Below, in pieces: positions 1 through 13,094 of a DNA stretch of 64,000 nt; position 1 is the first letter of the stretch; each line of letters begins with the position of its first letter. Below the pieces are notes generated by a model, which saw only the letters and a list, made by a program, of their open reading frames with translations, did no database searches and was not told where the DNA came from. The DNA lies in the NCBI GenBank assembly GCA_030704615.1, contig CM060733.1:4836001-4900000 (forward strand), in the 5' to 3' direction. The DNA comes from Takakia lepidozioides (lineage: Eukaryota > Plantae > Bryophyta). Made by a program: the position numbers and the translations under genes.

Positions 1-2875
1 CTGAGCGGCGGGACCGCGAGGTTTTACATTTGTCAAGGTCATCAAGTACAGCTACCGGTGAGGTGTCTGGTCATATCTTACATCAATCTCCCATTGTATC
101 CATCTCCTCGGGTGCACAGAATTCCGCCATCAGTGGTAACCGACGGCGATCTCGAACATATGCGTTGAGTGTGAGCCGTTTGGGAAGCAACTCTGTGTTA
201 ATGATGAATTAAACTATGGCCGGCCTGTTCATTACACACATACGTTATTTACCTCCGTCAACGTTATGCCAGATCCTTTCGGCTGTAATGTTAGTCATCG
301 AAGTTTGAGAGAAATCACGCGTGATCGCGCGTGGTTCCTTCATATATCCTCTTGTGGAGCTATCATGGATCAGTAGTGCCATCAGATGTATCAAAACAAG
401 TTGACTTCATTGTCAGTTTAAGCAATAACAGATCGGGCTGGAGGCTGGAGGTTGGAGGAGAAGAAATTTTCCGATGTTTTTCATATTACGATGGGGAACA
501 ACTGACACGATCATCGTCTATGACTGAATTCGAGTTCCTATCTCGTAATTCAAGCTCCCACGATGGTCGTCTCATTTGTTCCTGAGCGGATTGTGAAGCT
601 CTGCTAAAATCTCTCTTCAAATGGATTGAAGTAATTTTGGCGGCTTCGAAATTCCTTCCCTGACCAACTGATGGCCACCTTGTGGTTGATTGAAATCTGG
701 ATGCACTCGGCTCGTTGTGGTTCTCACTGGTGGTAGAGGCAGAGATCTGTCGCGTGATCACTCGTGGTTCGAAAAGCGGACTTCAGCATCGTCCTGGTTC
801 TCTAGCTGACTGCCAAAGTGTTATATTACCTCAACAGTGCAACATGTGATTGGTCAGAGTGATGTTTTTCTATGCTCACGAATTCTACAACGAAAATGTT
901 GTCATTTGAAGATGTGATGATACTGCAGGCATAGGGAGTTACTTCATGTCAGTTACAGCGAGGGAACTCAAGGTATTCAGATAATCCGTCCCGGAATATT
1001 CCACAGCATCATCCTGGATGATTCATTGATGTGTTTTAGAACACGCACTCAAATCATCGAGGCTGATGGTGTCACTTGTTCCCTGGCGGATTGTTCAAGT
1101 ATCTTATAATCCTAGTCTTTAAGTTGTTTGAAGTCATTCTCCCTGCTTGCATAATCCGATCTCCAACAATTGACAACATCCTCGTGGTGTTTTATTTGGT
1201 TCCTATATCCTTCGTTTGGAGATCCATTATTCTTTTGAGGAACACCAACGATTAACATCGCGCGATCACGCGTGCTTTTCTAAGAGCTGACTTGTTCTGA
1301 TGTCCATCATTGCACACCAAAATGGTGTTACGAGGAGGCAAAATGTCAGCAATTGAACGTCAATCTCCAGTGACATCCTCGTCGTTTTCATGTGGACTGG
1401 ACGCCAAAGGAGGAACACCGTCGCTAACAATCTGTGCAAACAATCTCAACAATCATATGTACTCCAAGGTGCTTGATACTGCGTATGTTCATGTAGCTGA
1501 TTTCTATAGGAGTTTTTTTGCTATTCCCATTCCAACAACATCAGGTCCACTGAGACTGCCATATTCCGAAATCGGAATCAGACACCACTTACATGAAACC
1601 ATCAGCTAAGAATGAAATCTCCAGTTCATTCAATCACAGCCCGGAGAAATATCTCAAGCTGCTGGGCAACTACTTGTGGGCCAGGGTGTTTCTCTGGAGT
1701 CGCATACAATGAATCGAAGATCTAGTTGTGAGCTGACATGCAGGTGATGGTTTTATATTGGTCAATGATGGTGGGCCGTGGCTGATACGGGAGTATGAAT
1801 ATGACAGTCTCTGGGGACCTGATACTGTTCGCATGGGAATAGCAAAACGACTACTATACAATTCAGCTACAGGAACAGCAATAGCATCAAACACCTAGCA
1901 GTAAATATGATTTTTGACATTGCTTGTGACAGCTCCAATCAGTTAGTTGGTGGTTAGTCAGTTGGAGATTATTTAGTTGGTGATCACTTTACGAGTGCTT
2001 TATAGTAAATCGTCAAAAGTACCACAGCCCGTCACAGATGAACCTCGACTGGTCACCCGACACTATTTCCTTGAAGATTTTGCAGAAAACGTCACTCTCT
2101 CCATCAACGTACTCGCCACCGAGCCACTCTCCAGAAGCATACGAGCAGCATACTTACTCCCCAATTGGATACTTTCAGCATCTTACTCCAGGGTCAGTTA
2201 CTTGGACATTATGTTTTGAAGAGCATACGAGTAATTCATCATCTTCGCGATTCACTGAAAGTCTGCAAGACCACCAATTCTTCGAGAAGTACAGCTGAAC
2301 TTCGGTCGCACAAGACATTGTTGGTTGGCGTAATATTGGAGGATATTTTTTGTGAGATCATCACCATATCAACGATTCTCGAGACAACATTTCATGTACT
2401 TCTTCCATCAACCTTCGGAACAACGGAAGAACACAGATTTGAAAATGGTCCCTCCAACCTTGTCAAAATATCGTGATTTTGGGAAATGACTTTCCTCAAA
2501 ATATTCTCATCATAAGTACGTCGGCCGACGTTGTCTTATGCTAATGGAGTTCAGCCCTCCTTCTAGAAGTTGATACTCTCATTGACATGGTTTACGTTAC
2601 TTGTATTGGTCCATGCCGCATGGGGCGAGACTTACTCAAATTGACATGGTTCTGAAATAAAACCTGGTTGTTTATCATCAATGTCTCCTCATTGTCTTTC
2701 ATTTCATTTCATGGTATTGTGTCATTGTGCCATGTTTTGCTTACATATTTGATTGATTTGTCTTGTACGTTACATAGTAACGGCCTTCGTAATCTCAGTC
2801 GCGGTTACGAATATGACTGGTGCTCCAATCATCCATCAGGGCGCGGATCATGAGACGACTTATCACCCGACACCC

Positions 2876-3012
2876 GTTTTATTTATTTATTTTTTAATGT
2901 AATGGAAACACCTGGGAGCCACAGCTCACAAATCAGGCCCTCGGCACTCAGTGCACTTCACCAATTGAGATCAGGCCCTCGGCACTCAGTGCACTTCACC
3001 AATTGAGCTACT
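2876..3012 (-). mobile_element. tRNA-derived SINE family A, internally deleted copy
   Basis: Minus strand starts GTAGCTCAATTGGTGAAGTGCACTGAGTGC (A-box-like). Shares GGAAACACCTGGGAGC..CAGCTCAC(AC)AAATCAGGCCC with the copy at 40.76 kb. A-rich tail at 2876-2896. Contains a 38-bp tandem duplication. Confidence 0.6.
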
Positions 3013-5724
3013 GACTGTTGGTATCTCATTCAACTCTTACTAAACGTCGAGTGAACAATGGAATTTGCTTTATGAGCCAAATAGAAACTGCTTTTTCTCC
3101 TGAAGTTTATACATAATGTTTCTTTATTGCTCATATTATATATTAATAGACAAACAATTATTTATATCTTTACATTTATATTTAAAATGATCCATTTAAA
3201 TTCATTTAAATGATTTAAAAAAATACATATTCAGATATTTCTCCTTATTTCTGGACCAAACTTTAGTCCAGATTTACTTAAAATTGTGTTTAACATTACT
3301 CTCCTCCCTCCAATTTATTGTCATGTGGTCAAGTGCAATCACACTAAAGCTTAGATAATCCAACCTGGACTGCTGCTTCTGCTGTGGAAGCAACAGTGAT
3401 TCAACTGAAAGATCTCTGCTTAAGATGATGTAATCATCAAGTCCATGGAGAGCAGGGTAACAAAACACACTAGCCCTACTACTATTGACAATCGATGGTC
3501 TGTACAAAGCCCAAATGTTTCATGACAATCTTTGCCACCGCCACTGTAGGGAATCCAGATGCCTTACTATGTCCAGAGGTGATACAAGAGGAAACTTACA
3601 GTCACTTCAACTGAAGATCCATTAATAATACGCTGTATGATGGCAGCATGTCTGACAAACTTACAGGAGCCCCCAGCAGAACAGAGGCAGTCGATATTCG
3701 GGGTTGATGTGGCTTAAACACGACTTCATGGCGGTGCTTCGGATCACCGATTCAAATTCGTTTTCATGAGGTGCATGGTCGCGTACGATTATCCGCTGTC
3801 AACAGGCTGCACTCCAGCCAGTAGTATGACCTGAAACCAATCTGCCCGCGCTCGCCTCAGTTCTGCTGAGAAGTCAAAGCGAGGAGTCTGCCCTAGCGAG
3901 TAACCTCCTTCTTTTCACCATTCTTGACCTTTTGTACACAGGGCAGATCTCAGACTATGGTCTGATGGAGATGGTGATAGACAACTAGTTGAGCAATTTC
4001 TTTGCTTTCAGTCTGAGTCTGCCCTGTCTTTTGTCAGTCTGCCTTGTCTACCCTGCTCATTTGCTAACTCCTTTGGTTTGGAGGCAAGCCATAGCCACAG
4101 AATTAATTTTTTTTTCTAGTTTACTTTGTATCCTTCAGCCATTTTGTACTGAAACATCTACAGCAAGAGTATTACCATGTTTCTTTGCTTTCAGTCTGAG
4201 TCTGCCATGTCTACCCTACAGGGCAGGGCTGGATAGGGCTGTCAACTATACTAATGTTGCAGGTCTTAGGTCCGTAGGTAGCTTGTGTTTACATGTGAGA
4301 TGCCGATGAGTAAGGCAGATGCTGAAGATGTGCATCCCTCACCTGCAGGACCTGGGCTTGGTTCCATCGCAGTTTTGTCAACTCGCAACGTATGATGCGA
4401 GCACCTACAGCCACAGCAAGGGCAGAGTTATCACCCTCTTGGTACCACTTCCAAGATATCTTGTAGTTGTTTTTGTTTACCTCCGGCTCTAGCAATGCAG
4501 GCCAGAAATGGAAGCAGACATGAACTCTTCAGTGAAAGGCTATGTTTGTAAATGTGTTTGAGTCTAAAATCCCTTCAATGATACAAGGTTAAGTAAAAAA
4601 ACAAAAAACAAAAACAAAACAAAACAAAACAAGCAAAACAACCATAGGAAAGTAGCGAGTATTGTTTACAGCGAGTGAAGTGGTGACTACATTCAAACTT
4701 TGAACCTCATACTTGGGAATCCGGAATTGGCCCCTCCGGTGATTCCTCAATCGGCTCTTCTACAATTGGCTATTCAGAGTTTGGTACCCACCTACTGCCA
4801 ACCCGAGTGCATCTTGATCGCCACAAAGCGCTGTGTGCTGCTGTGCTTGAGTTTAAGGATGCTGCACGTCGGGCCTGAATTGCCTCCTCACCTCTAAGGC
4901 TACCAATGGCAACATTCAATTGAAGGCTCTTGTTTCTGAACCTATGTTGAATGATCCTAAACCAGTGTTGATAGGTCTATACCAAAGGACTTTTCCTGCA
5001 TTTTGTTCCAACATGTTGAGTATGACGCTGATATGCCGCTTTTCCCGCATGATGCGAGTTCTCCATTCCTTGACATGACCAGACAGATAGGCTTCCATAC
5101 TTTTCAACAAACCACAGGGTGTGCTTGACCAATACGTGCTACAAATTATCAACTTAACCAATTAGCATTGTCATCTATGCTATTTTACTACAAGCATTCC
5201 AATCAACTTGAACAATTAACATTGTCATCTATAAGTGCTATAATTGAAATGCAAAATTTTACTATAAGCATTTCAATCAATATCAAGGGATGTTGTAGAT
5301 ACTCACAATATAGTGTGTAACTAGACCCTCCCCCCAACTCTTGATGAAAGCGCGTCCGAATTCCTCCATGTCTCTACGGTCTCTACAGTGGTTGAGCAAA
5401 CACTCTGAAGGTGTTTCACATAACCCAGAAAACCCTCCTCTCCATCTCCCACGAATTGAAGCAAGTCTTTTATGGAACTCATGTTGGGACGTACTCCTGG
5501 GTCAATGGGATAAAGGGATGAATCAAGCCAGAGATCTATGTTTGTACCTCCTCCTCTTCGTTTTTAAGGGAAGTTTGACTTCGGTGTCCACTCGCCCAGT
5601 AACCGACCTCTCAAATTCAACGGTGCATACTTTCCATCAATTGCAACCTGCACCTTATAAGGAGGCTGCTTGCTCAACGGCAAATTCGTGATCTCCGACA
5701 ATGCCATCTCAGAGCCTGAATGTA

Positions 5725-5952
5725 AAAAGCCAGTACCATGTTTGTTAATTCCTTGGTATTGTCTGACTAATGGAGTGCTCCAATTTTACAAAAGCCAATA
5801 TCTCGTTTTTAATTCCTTGGTTTTGTCTGCCTTGAGTGCTCCAATTTTACAAAAGCCAATATCCCGTTTGTTAATCCCTTGGTATTGTCAGTATCCTGTT
5901 TGTTAATTCCTTGGTATTGTCTGACTACAGGAGTGCTCCAATTTTACAAAAG
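5725..5952. repeat. Short tandem repeat, ~60-bp unit, ~3.5 copies
   Basis: TTAATTCCTTGGTATTGTCTG...GAGTGCTCCAATTTTACAAAAG recurs. Confidence 0.8.
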
Positions 5953-7719
5953 TTGTGATGGTATTAGGAATTGCCTGAAGCTCAGATGCTGATGGCACGT
6001 CTGGATATGGTATATGACCGGCAGTAACACATCAGTAAAGTGTGGCTTCTGTTATCTGATACAAGTACCGAAGTTTCAATTCAACTTATTTGACTTTAAA
6101 CTTATTTCAATTCAACTGGTTTGACTTTAAACTTAAACTTATTTCAATTCAGGCTTGTTTGGCTTCAAACCTATTTGACTTTATTTATCCTATACCTTTC
6201 CACCTTATTTGACTTTATTTATCCGTTTGTTGAAAGAGGTGTCCATCTACTCTCATCCGGCCCATTCTATGCCCCGAAGTACCAGATGAGGTCCTCCCCA
6301 GTGCCTTCACCATCACCATCCGCAGCTTGAATCTGTGATGCCCAGCTGTCAAAGAATACCAATGTGATTAAGCAGAGGCATTCCTTATCCTGTGAAACCA
6401 ACCCAACCAAGTTTCCTTAGTTCCATTCCTGCTCCAAGTTTCCTTACCGGCAAATGATGCAAATTAATCTGGTTCCTGGCATTCACTTCTGTCCAAACCC
6501 AGGTTCCTGGAGAAATGAGATTGGTCAGATCTACTTGGTGGCATGCCATGATGGTGCAAAGAACGGCTTTCTTGCTGAAGACACAAGGACAAGCACATCC
6601 AAAGGGCCTGATCTTATAGCTCCTGTTCCTATGCCTGTAACTAAGACTGTCTGTTTTTCAAGTTCTGATAGTGGTCACTCATTGCAATCCGCACACAGTA
6701 GTGATCAAAAAATGGCGAGCAATGATCAAGGATCTCCGAGAGTAACCAATTTCATCTCAACAGAAAGGAGTCCCCTTCAAGGTGGAGCCGAGTCAAATAA
6801 GGGCTTGGAGGGTGTACAACCAATCTGAGAATTAGGGACGACTCTAATAAGAGGGAAAAACAAGCTGAATTCCTGTGGATCAATAGCTACAAGAGACCAG
6901 CAGGGGTGGATGGTGCATGGGCACTCATAAAGGCACATTCTTTAACATATCATAAATCCGGCAACAAGATAAAGAAGCAGAGGCAGAAATGTTACCTGCC
7001 AGTCTTGGAGTATGTCGAGGCCCCCAACCACAGTACAGGTGTGTTGCTGCTGCTGCCGCTCCCACTTCACCTGATAGCGCACTGGCACTTGCTATCAATG
7101 CCACTATTGAGAAGACCAAGACACAGTTTGCCTTCTACGGCAGCAGGGATTGCTGGGTGGAACTGACGGTCTTCCTCACTTGATTGTCGATGGCGACTAG
7201 GCCCTAATCACTCTAAACCACCATAGATCCACCCAACGAGCTAACTTACACAATACAACATGCAAAATCAGGGACGAGTCTGATGAGAGGGCAAACCAAT
7301 AGATTGAAGAAGAGGTGCCCTCACCACATTGTCCTTGACTTTGTGTCATGACCCGTCAGCCAATGCAGAGGCTTAGCATTGCCGGCTCCCTCTGATCATC
7401 CGTCGCCAGAAACAGATGCAGGCCAAGGTTCATACTGCTGCAGCATAGCAACTCAGCTAAATAGCAACATAGCATTAGAAAAGCATTAGAAAAGCATCAG
7501 TAAAGCCCATTGCTACAGGGCAGGGGGTACACAACTGCAACAGAAACGAACTTGCATTGGATTTCTCGAACCAAAACAAATAACTGGTACAACAGTAGAA
7601 GATCAACAGCTTCAGGTATCTAACTGGAAGCAAACAAGATGGTAAAAACGAAAAGAAAGAAAGAAAGAAGGTAAAGTTGTACTCGGATAGGAGGATACCC
7701 AGGGCGAGAACGTAGCAAT

Positions 7720-7860
7720 GACACTCACTCACTCACTCACTCACCTGCAGGAAACACCTGGTGACTCACTCACCTGCAAGGTCACTCACTCACTCACCTG
7801 CAGGAAGGTCACTCACTCACTCACTCACAAGCAAGGTCACTCACTCACCTGCAGGAAACT
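7720..7860. repeat. (CACT)n / CACCTGCAGGAA compound microsatellite
   Basis: Visible directly in the sequence. Confidence 0.85.
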
Positions 7861-8134
7861 CTGCAGCATTGGAGCCCGATGGAAGCCCGGCGTGCGAGAA
7901 GGGCTGGGAGAAAGAAGCGCACGAGAAAGGGAGGGACGAGAAGCGCGAGAACCTGGCGCTTCCCGCGGAACAATTTGCCACGGTGGAACCGTCATCGTGG
8001 AACTTTTTTGCCACCTTTTTGCCACCATTTTGCCACGATGGCAAAATGGCATTCTAAAATTCGCTGCCTGCCTTGAGCGGCTATAGGAGACATATGAACG
8101 TTGGAACAGCCTTTCTTTGGCCTCAATTTTTTTC

Positions 8135-8250
8135 TAATGCTTACACGCTGAGACTCCCTCCTTGTGTCCAAAATGCTATCCATTGTGAGTATGCTTGAGC
8201 AGTGCGGGTGGCATCAAGTTAGTCCACCATAACCGTGGACGATGAGCCTG
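8135..8250 (-). pseudogene. Displaced 3' fragment of the retroelement C5 DNA methyltransferase (motif VIII onward)
   Basis: Minus strand reads QAHRPRLWWTNLMPPALLKH, then DSILDTRRESQRV after a frameshift. This is the expected continuation of ...LLDAAALGS at 13091. Confidence 0.85.
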
Positions 8251-9715
8251 GGGGGATGCTAGAGTGTGAGCCCAGGAGCCTGTGAGCCCAGGAGCCTGGC
8301 GTGAGCCCAGGACACGTGGCATGATTTTGGGAAAGATGCGGCGTCTATTTCCGTGGAAGAGGACCCATTGCCGCAGAAACACGTCTTCATCCATATTTAC
8401 CCTGCAACCCTGCAACCCCAACCCTTGTCAGCCTTAAGGACCCACCTCAACCCCGACAGTGAACCTCGCCATCCCGCCCCTGTGCATGATACTACGCACT
8501 GACATCATCCATGGGACCATCCATGCATGCAACATTCATCCACAGTGCACATCCAATCTGGCTTCATCCATCCAAAAACATTCATCCTCCATCCATCCAA
8601 CCAAATATTGGTGTGATGGCATATGTCAAATGATTGTCTACTGGACTATGCACATATTCATCTTTGTTGAAAAACTTTTATTGAATGCACACAGTTGAAT
8701 TGGAGAGCAATGTTTAGAAAGAAAACACTTTCAAATTCGCAGGACGCGGGGGAGAGAATGTTTCAATTCAGGGATGTGAATTTCATTGTAGTCCGTGCTC
8801 ATCATTACAACGGATGGTGGGAAGAGAAATGGTGGTGCAACGGAAAACGGAGAGTGTGTCCCCTCATGTTCCATAAATGAATGCCCTCAAATACATCCGT
8901 AGGTGGTGTCAACACTGCTACTGCTACCACCTGAATCTGCTGAACTGCTAGAAGTACTGCTACCACCTGAAACTGCGGCACTATCATCTATGAAGACCTT
9001 TGCGCGGAGGTGCCTGAGCGTCTTCCTGGAACTCCAACGCAAGGGTGGGGAAGAAAGCACAGCTACTTGCACACGAGCAATGCCTTCCGCGTAGTAGGGA
9101 AAGACATAATTAAGAGGTGGGCTCCAGCACAAGTCCCTCAAGTATATGGAAGACAGGGGCCACGGGAGTGCGTTGACATTCCTGCAATCAGAAATGCACC
9201 ATTTGGGCAATAATCAGACAACAGAAGGGGACGCGACAGAGAATATACACAGGGATCAAATAGACAGAAAATGAACTTACTCACATGAAAAGTCATTGTC
9301 CAGGTCCTTGTCGTCTCTGTCGAGGATATCAATTTGCGCAGTGACATCCTTCACATTGGAGGTAGACGAGCCCCCTTGCAACTCGGCGAGTAGGCCAGTG
9401 AAAATATCTGCATCTCCTTCCATACCAAACAAGTGTCTGCCACCTGACTTGCAAGCATGGTAAGAAGCGCCTGCAAGAGACAGAATGATGGAATTAGATT
9501 TTTAGAATTGAGTAAAGAAGGTGCAGAAGGAAAGAAATCGATGACAAAGGCAAGAAGAGAAACCTGTGCCCAGAGTGAGATCTATGATGCGGGCCCCTGG
9601 CCGAGAACAACTCTCAATGATCGTTTGGATAAAAGTCTGGCTTTTTTCACGGGCCCCTCTCCAAGGCGTTCCATTTGGCTTTCGCAAACATACGTGGTTC
9701 CTGAGGTGGTTCCAT
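8251..9715 (-). mobile_element. Displaced right arm of the Mutator-type element, including its terminus
   Basis: Begins GGGGGATGCTAGAGTGTGAGCCC with GTGAGCCCAGG subterminal repeats that match those at 13093-13175. Contains the last methyltransferase exons. The inner boundary is approximate. Confidence 0.7.
8887..9715 (-). pseudogene. C-terminal exons of a beta-class N4/N6 DNA amino-methyltransferase
   Basis: Splicing GT-AG introns 9563-9471 and 9280-9182 gives NGTPWRGAREKSQTFIQTIIESCSRPGARIIDLTLGTG|ASYHACKSGGRHLFGMEGDADIF. This matches motifs X-I-II of N6_N4_Mtase (K...I...S..G..vlD.F.GsG....a....R...G.E.d). Confidence 0.8.
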
Positions 9716-10612
9716 TCTGAGGAATGGCTGGTGGATATAAGGAGGCACTGGCGGACCCTGTGGAGGCTTGCATGGGGCCTTGGAGGCCAAGTTTCATGAG
9801 CTCGTGAGTGTCTACAGAATGCTCTCATGGTCATGCAAGTGAGAGAAGTGAGGAAAAAGAGGGTGTTGGGATGAGAGCATGCTGAGGGATAGGCATTGCT
9901 TTAGCTTCCCTTCCTCGTAGCTTTCCACCTTCTCTGTAGGCCGAGACCTTTCCGTAGGTGGAGGCAAGAGTCAGTCCGGGTTTGGGCTGGGTTGCAGGAG
10001 CGACACTGTGGAGTTGTTTTTGGTGTGGGGGAGTTGTTGTTTTCATTCTTGTGTTTGGATCCCCTCCACACCTCTATGCTTGATTGTGCGTCATGTTAGT
10101 TTTGTGTGGGCGCTTGATTTTATAGGTGGTTGACTCGGGCTTGATCGCCGATCCAACCCTAGAGCATGCTGTCGATGGTGAGGCTGGGTTGATGACCAGT
10201 CAGACCATCTTTGTTTCTCCTGTGGTGAGGTTGGAGGTGATGACCAGCCAACCATGGGAGTGTCTGCAGTAGATGCAGGTGCAGGCTATGTTATGAATCT
10301 AGTATTCCAAACCATAAGCCGCATCAGGTTCTCTACCCGGATACCTTGTGGAGAGGGGGTTACAGACAGTTCATGATCGGTTGAGTGTCAGTTTGTCAAC
10401 ACGGAGATGCCACTAGTTGCTGAGGAAAATGCCGGTACGAGCACTAGCGATACTAGCGATACTAGCGATACTAGCGGGTACACGAGACGAGGTGTGCGGT
10501 TTAGGCCACCTTCACCTCCTGTGTAATCTACGGAAGGTTCTGATTCGGATTGTGAATCACGATGACTCACACCAGCGGTACAAGTTGTTTCCTTGTCATT
10601 GTTGTGGGACAC

Positions 10613-11366
10613 AATGGAGGAGATGTATAGAGCCACCAAGGGGCCACGAAGGTACTCTGGGACGGTGGGCTCCATCGAGTTGGATGATTTCATTCAAGAG
10701 TTTGATAGTTGGTGTGACTTGCAGTAAATGCGCAATCCACAACTGTTTACGCCTTTCATGGCATGGAAGGGGCTGTTTCAGCACCTTGAGGGACCGCCCA
10801 TGGATGATTACCATGAGTTTAGGCGGGGGCACGATATTGAGATCGAGGAGTAGAGGATGTATTGGTCACCCGACTATGTCTCCATCACTAGAGGCACAAG
10901 GGCAGCAGCCGCACCGGCAGCTGCACCAGCACCAGTGGCCGTGCCTGCCTTCAACCCCGTTGTGGAGTTCTTCGAAGAGTTGAGAAGGAATTACCAAGGG
11001 GTGAGGACAGAGAAGTTGAGGAGCTTGCAAGAGTTCCAGAGGAAGCCTATTGAGAGCTTGAGGGAGGCTTTTACTCGCATGAGGCGCTTGATAAATGTAA
11101 CCCAAGGGGTTACGGAAGCTCAGGCAGTCCAATTCTGGTACGGGATATTGGACAAGGAGCTGAGGAGAAGGGTGCGGGATGCAACTCTCCTACAAGTGGC
11201 CCAACCCACCTTAGCAAATGTGTTTTTGCTGGCAGAGCGGATAGAGCTCAACATGGTGGAGGAACGAGTGGTCATGGTGGGATTTGCTAAGGAGGCACCA
11301 CGGGGTAGTGGTATTCCTAGCCAGCCACTACCTCAACGTGCTCAAGGCAACAAGGGGCTCAGGTGA
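10613..11366 (+). pseudogene. Retrotransposon gag-like protein
   Basis: EFFEELRRNYQG..EKLRSLQEFQRKPIESLREAFTRMRRL...AVQFWYGILDKELRRRV has the Retrotrans_gag pattern (F..l.Q...Es..ey..Rf..L...F..GL...lr). Confidence 0.7.
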
Positions 11367-11487
11367 AGCCCAGGGAAGGACAGAGAGGACCTCAGATGCA
11401 GGGGTCTCTTACCGAGGCAGAGGTTACTAGGGCCATTGGGGAGAGCTACACGGGCAGCACCGTGTTGCCAAGGCTACGGCAGCTAGT

Positions 11488-12288
11488 GTGGTGTTGGGGG
11501 CGGCCACATCTGTGTGTCAGGCTCTATTGTTCTCGGCTACCATGATTGCGACGCCGGGGGTAAGACCAGTTGAGGTGTTCAGGCTGGCAGCTACACTCTG
11601 TGAGAGTGGGGAGGTCACTTCATCTTCTGCGGAGATAGTGAGAGGTGTAGTGACGGAGGGATCCTCGGATGTAAGGGTCAAGACTGCCACGGCGGCGGCA
11701 TGGCAAACTGTAGCTGCCAGGTTGGCGGAGCTGCCAGCTAGGCCAGCCATTGAGAGCGCCATGGTGACACCTGGAGTTGCCACGTTAGACAACTATGATG
11801 GCATTTTCTATTTGAGTGGACCGGCAGGCAAGAGGTACCGGCCACTGCGGGTCTTGTTGGACTCGGGAGCTCAGCCACTGATGCTGGGCAGAGCTGCTAT
11901 TACAGGCTTGGGCCTCACGGAGGCGGATATGGAGCCGTGCCCTTTCCAAATACATACATCTCTGGGAGGATTAGAGCAGGCTCGGGGCATCACACGGCAT
12001 GAGTTGGCTATCCGACTACAGCCGGATCATCCTACAGATGGCTCAGTGATGAGAGCCAAGGCCATTGTGACAGATGCGGTCTCGTACGATGTCCTTGTTG
12101 GTGGGGCAGTGTTGTACCCCATGGGCTTCACCCTGGATTTTTGGGAGGAGTCAGCTTCCTATAGGTCTGGATGGCAGTCAGGGGAGGGCCGGCGTGTGCA
12201 GCTCCCTGTGACATTCATAGAAGGAGTTGTGGTTGCCCAGCGAGGCAAGATGCCGTCATTGGCAGTATTCACAGCTGCAGTGACTTAG
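11488..12288 (+). pseudogene. Retropepsin-like aspartic protease region of the polyprotein
   Basis: Catalytic RVLLDSGA and the downstream YDVLVG motif. Confidence 0.8.
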
Positions 12289-12567
12289 CGTGAAAAATTG
12301 TTGGATGACAACACTCATTCAGAGGATGTGTCACCTCCGGGAGAGCAAGATGACATGCATGATATGGCGGAGTTGCCTGCCATGGTTGCTCACACTCCAC
12401 TGTGGGGCTCGAGCAAGGATTTCCAGCGGGTTGCTGATTGTCGGGTGCAACAAGCCTGGGTAGAGGCTTTTGTACCGTCAAGAGAGGAGGACAGTGCGGG
12501 GATTGCACCATGACCACCTCAATTGTCACCATTGGACACCACACCGATTGTGTGACAGTGTCCGGAT

Positions 12568-13094
12568 GAAGGCATTTGCCTTCTGGACTTGTTTGACGGG
12601 ATCAGCACCAGATTGGCTGCTGTTTACAGGCAGGTGTACGAGTTCGGCGTTACCTATACGTGGAGATGGATGAGACTGCACGACGCGTCTCACTCCGTCA
12701 TGTTGCTCAGTTGGTGCAGCAGTACCCTGAGTTGTTGCCGGTGTCTGCGGTTCGTGGATATCAGCAGGCCTTGCTAGCATACATCTCTTTGCTAGGGGCG
12801 CATGATTTGGGGCGGGTTGGCTCCATTGATTTGGTAGTGGCAGGTTGGCCTTGCCAAGAGCATTCATCAGCCAAGCATGGCAATGGATTGCGAGACTCGA
12901 GGTCGGGTCTGTTTTGGGAGATGGTGTGGGTTTTGCGCTACTTATAGCTTCATCAAGCTGTATCTCCAGCATACATCTTGGAGAATGTGCCACTGATGGG
13001 CGATTCTTGGGCCAAGGTGATGGCCAGTTTGCATCAAGTCCGGTTGTGGCTTGGGTCAGCAGTGTTGCTGGATGCAGCTGCATTGGGGTCACGG
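12568..13094 (+). pseudogene. Dnmt3-like cytosine-5 DNA methyltransferase, motifs I-VIII (5' part)
   Basis: LLDLFDGIST (I), YLYVEMD (II), IDLVVAGWPCQ (IV, catalytic PC), GLRDSRSGLFWEM, YILENV (VI), LLDAAALGS (VIII start). One frameshift near 12625 and a TAG at 12945. Confidence 0.9.

Larger units (their letters stand above)
9716..13094 (+). mobile_element. Degenerate Ty3/Gypsy-like retroelement (gag - aspartic protease - DNMT), truncated
   Basis: Gag-like, protease and C5-MTase regions follow one another on the same strand with stops and frameshifts. RT, RNase H and integrase are not seen here. LTR boundaries are not resolved. Confidence 0.75.

Noticed and set aside
9935-10364. Defined LTR of the DNMT retroelement
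   Set aside because: TG...TTACA ends are possible, but there is no second copy, PBS or TSD in the window.
12568-13094. Host DNMT3 gene or bacterial contamination
   Set aside because: It has no introns, follows gag and protease directly, is decayed, and is flanked by spliced plant genes and plant TEs.
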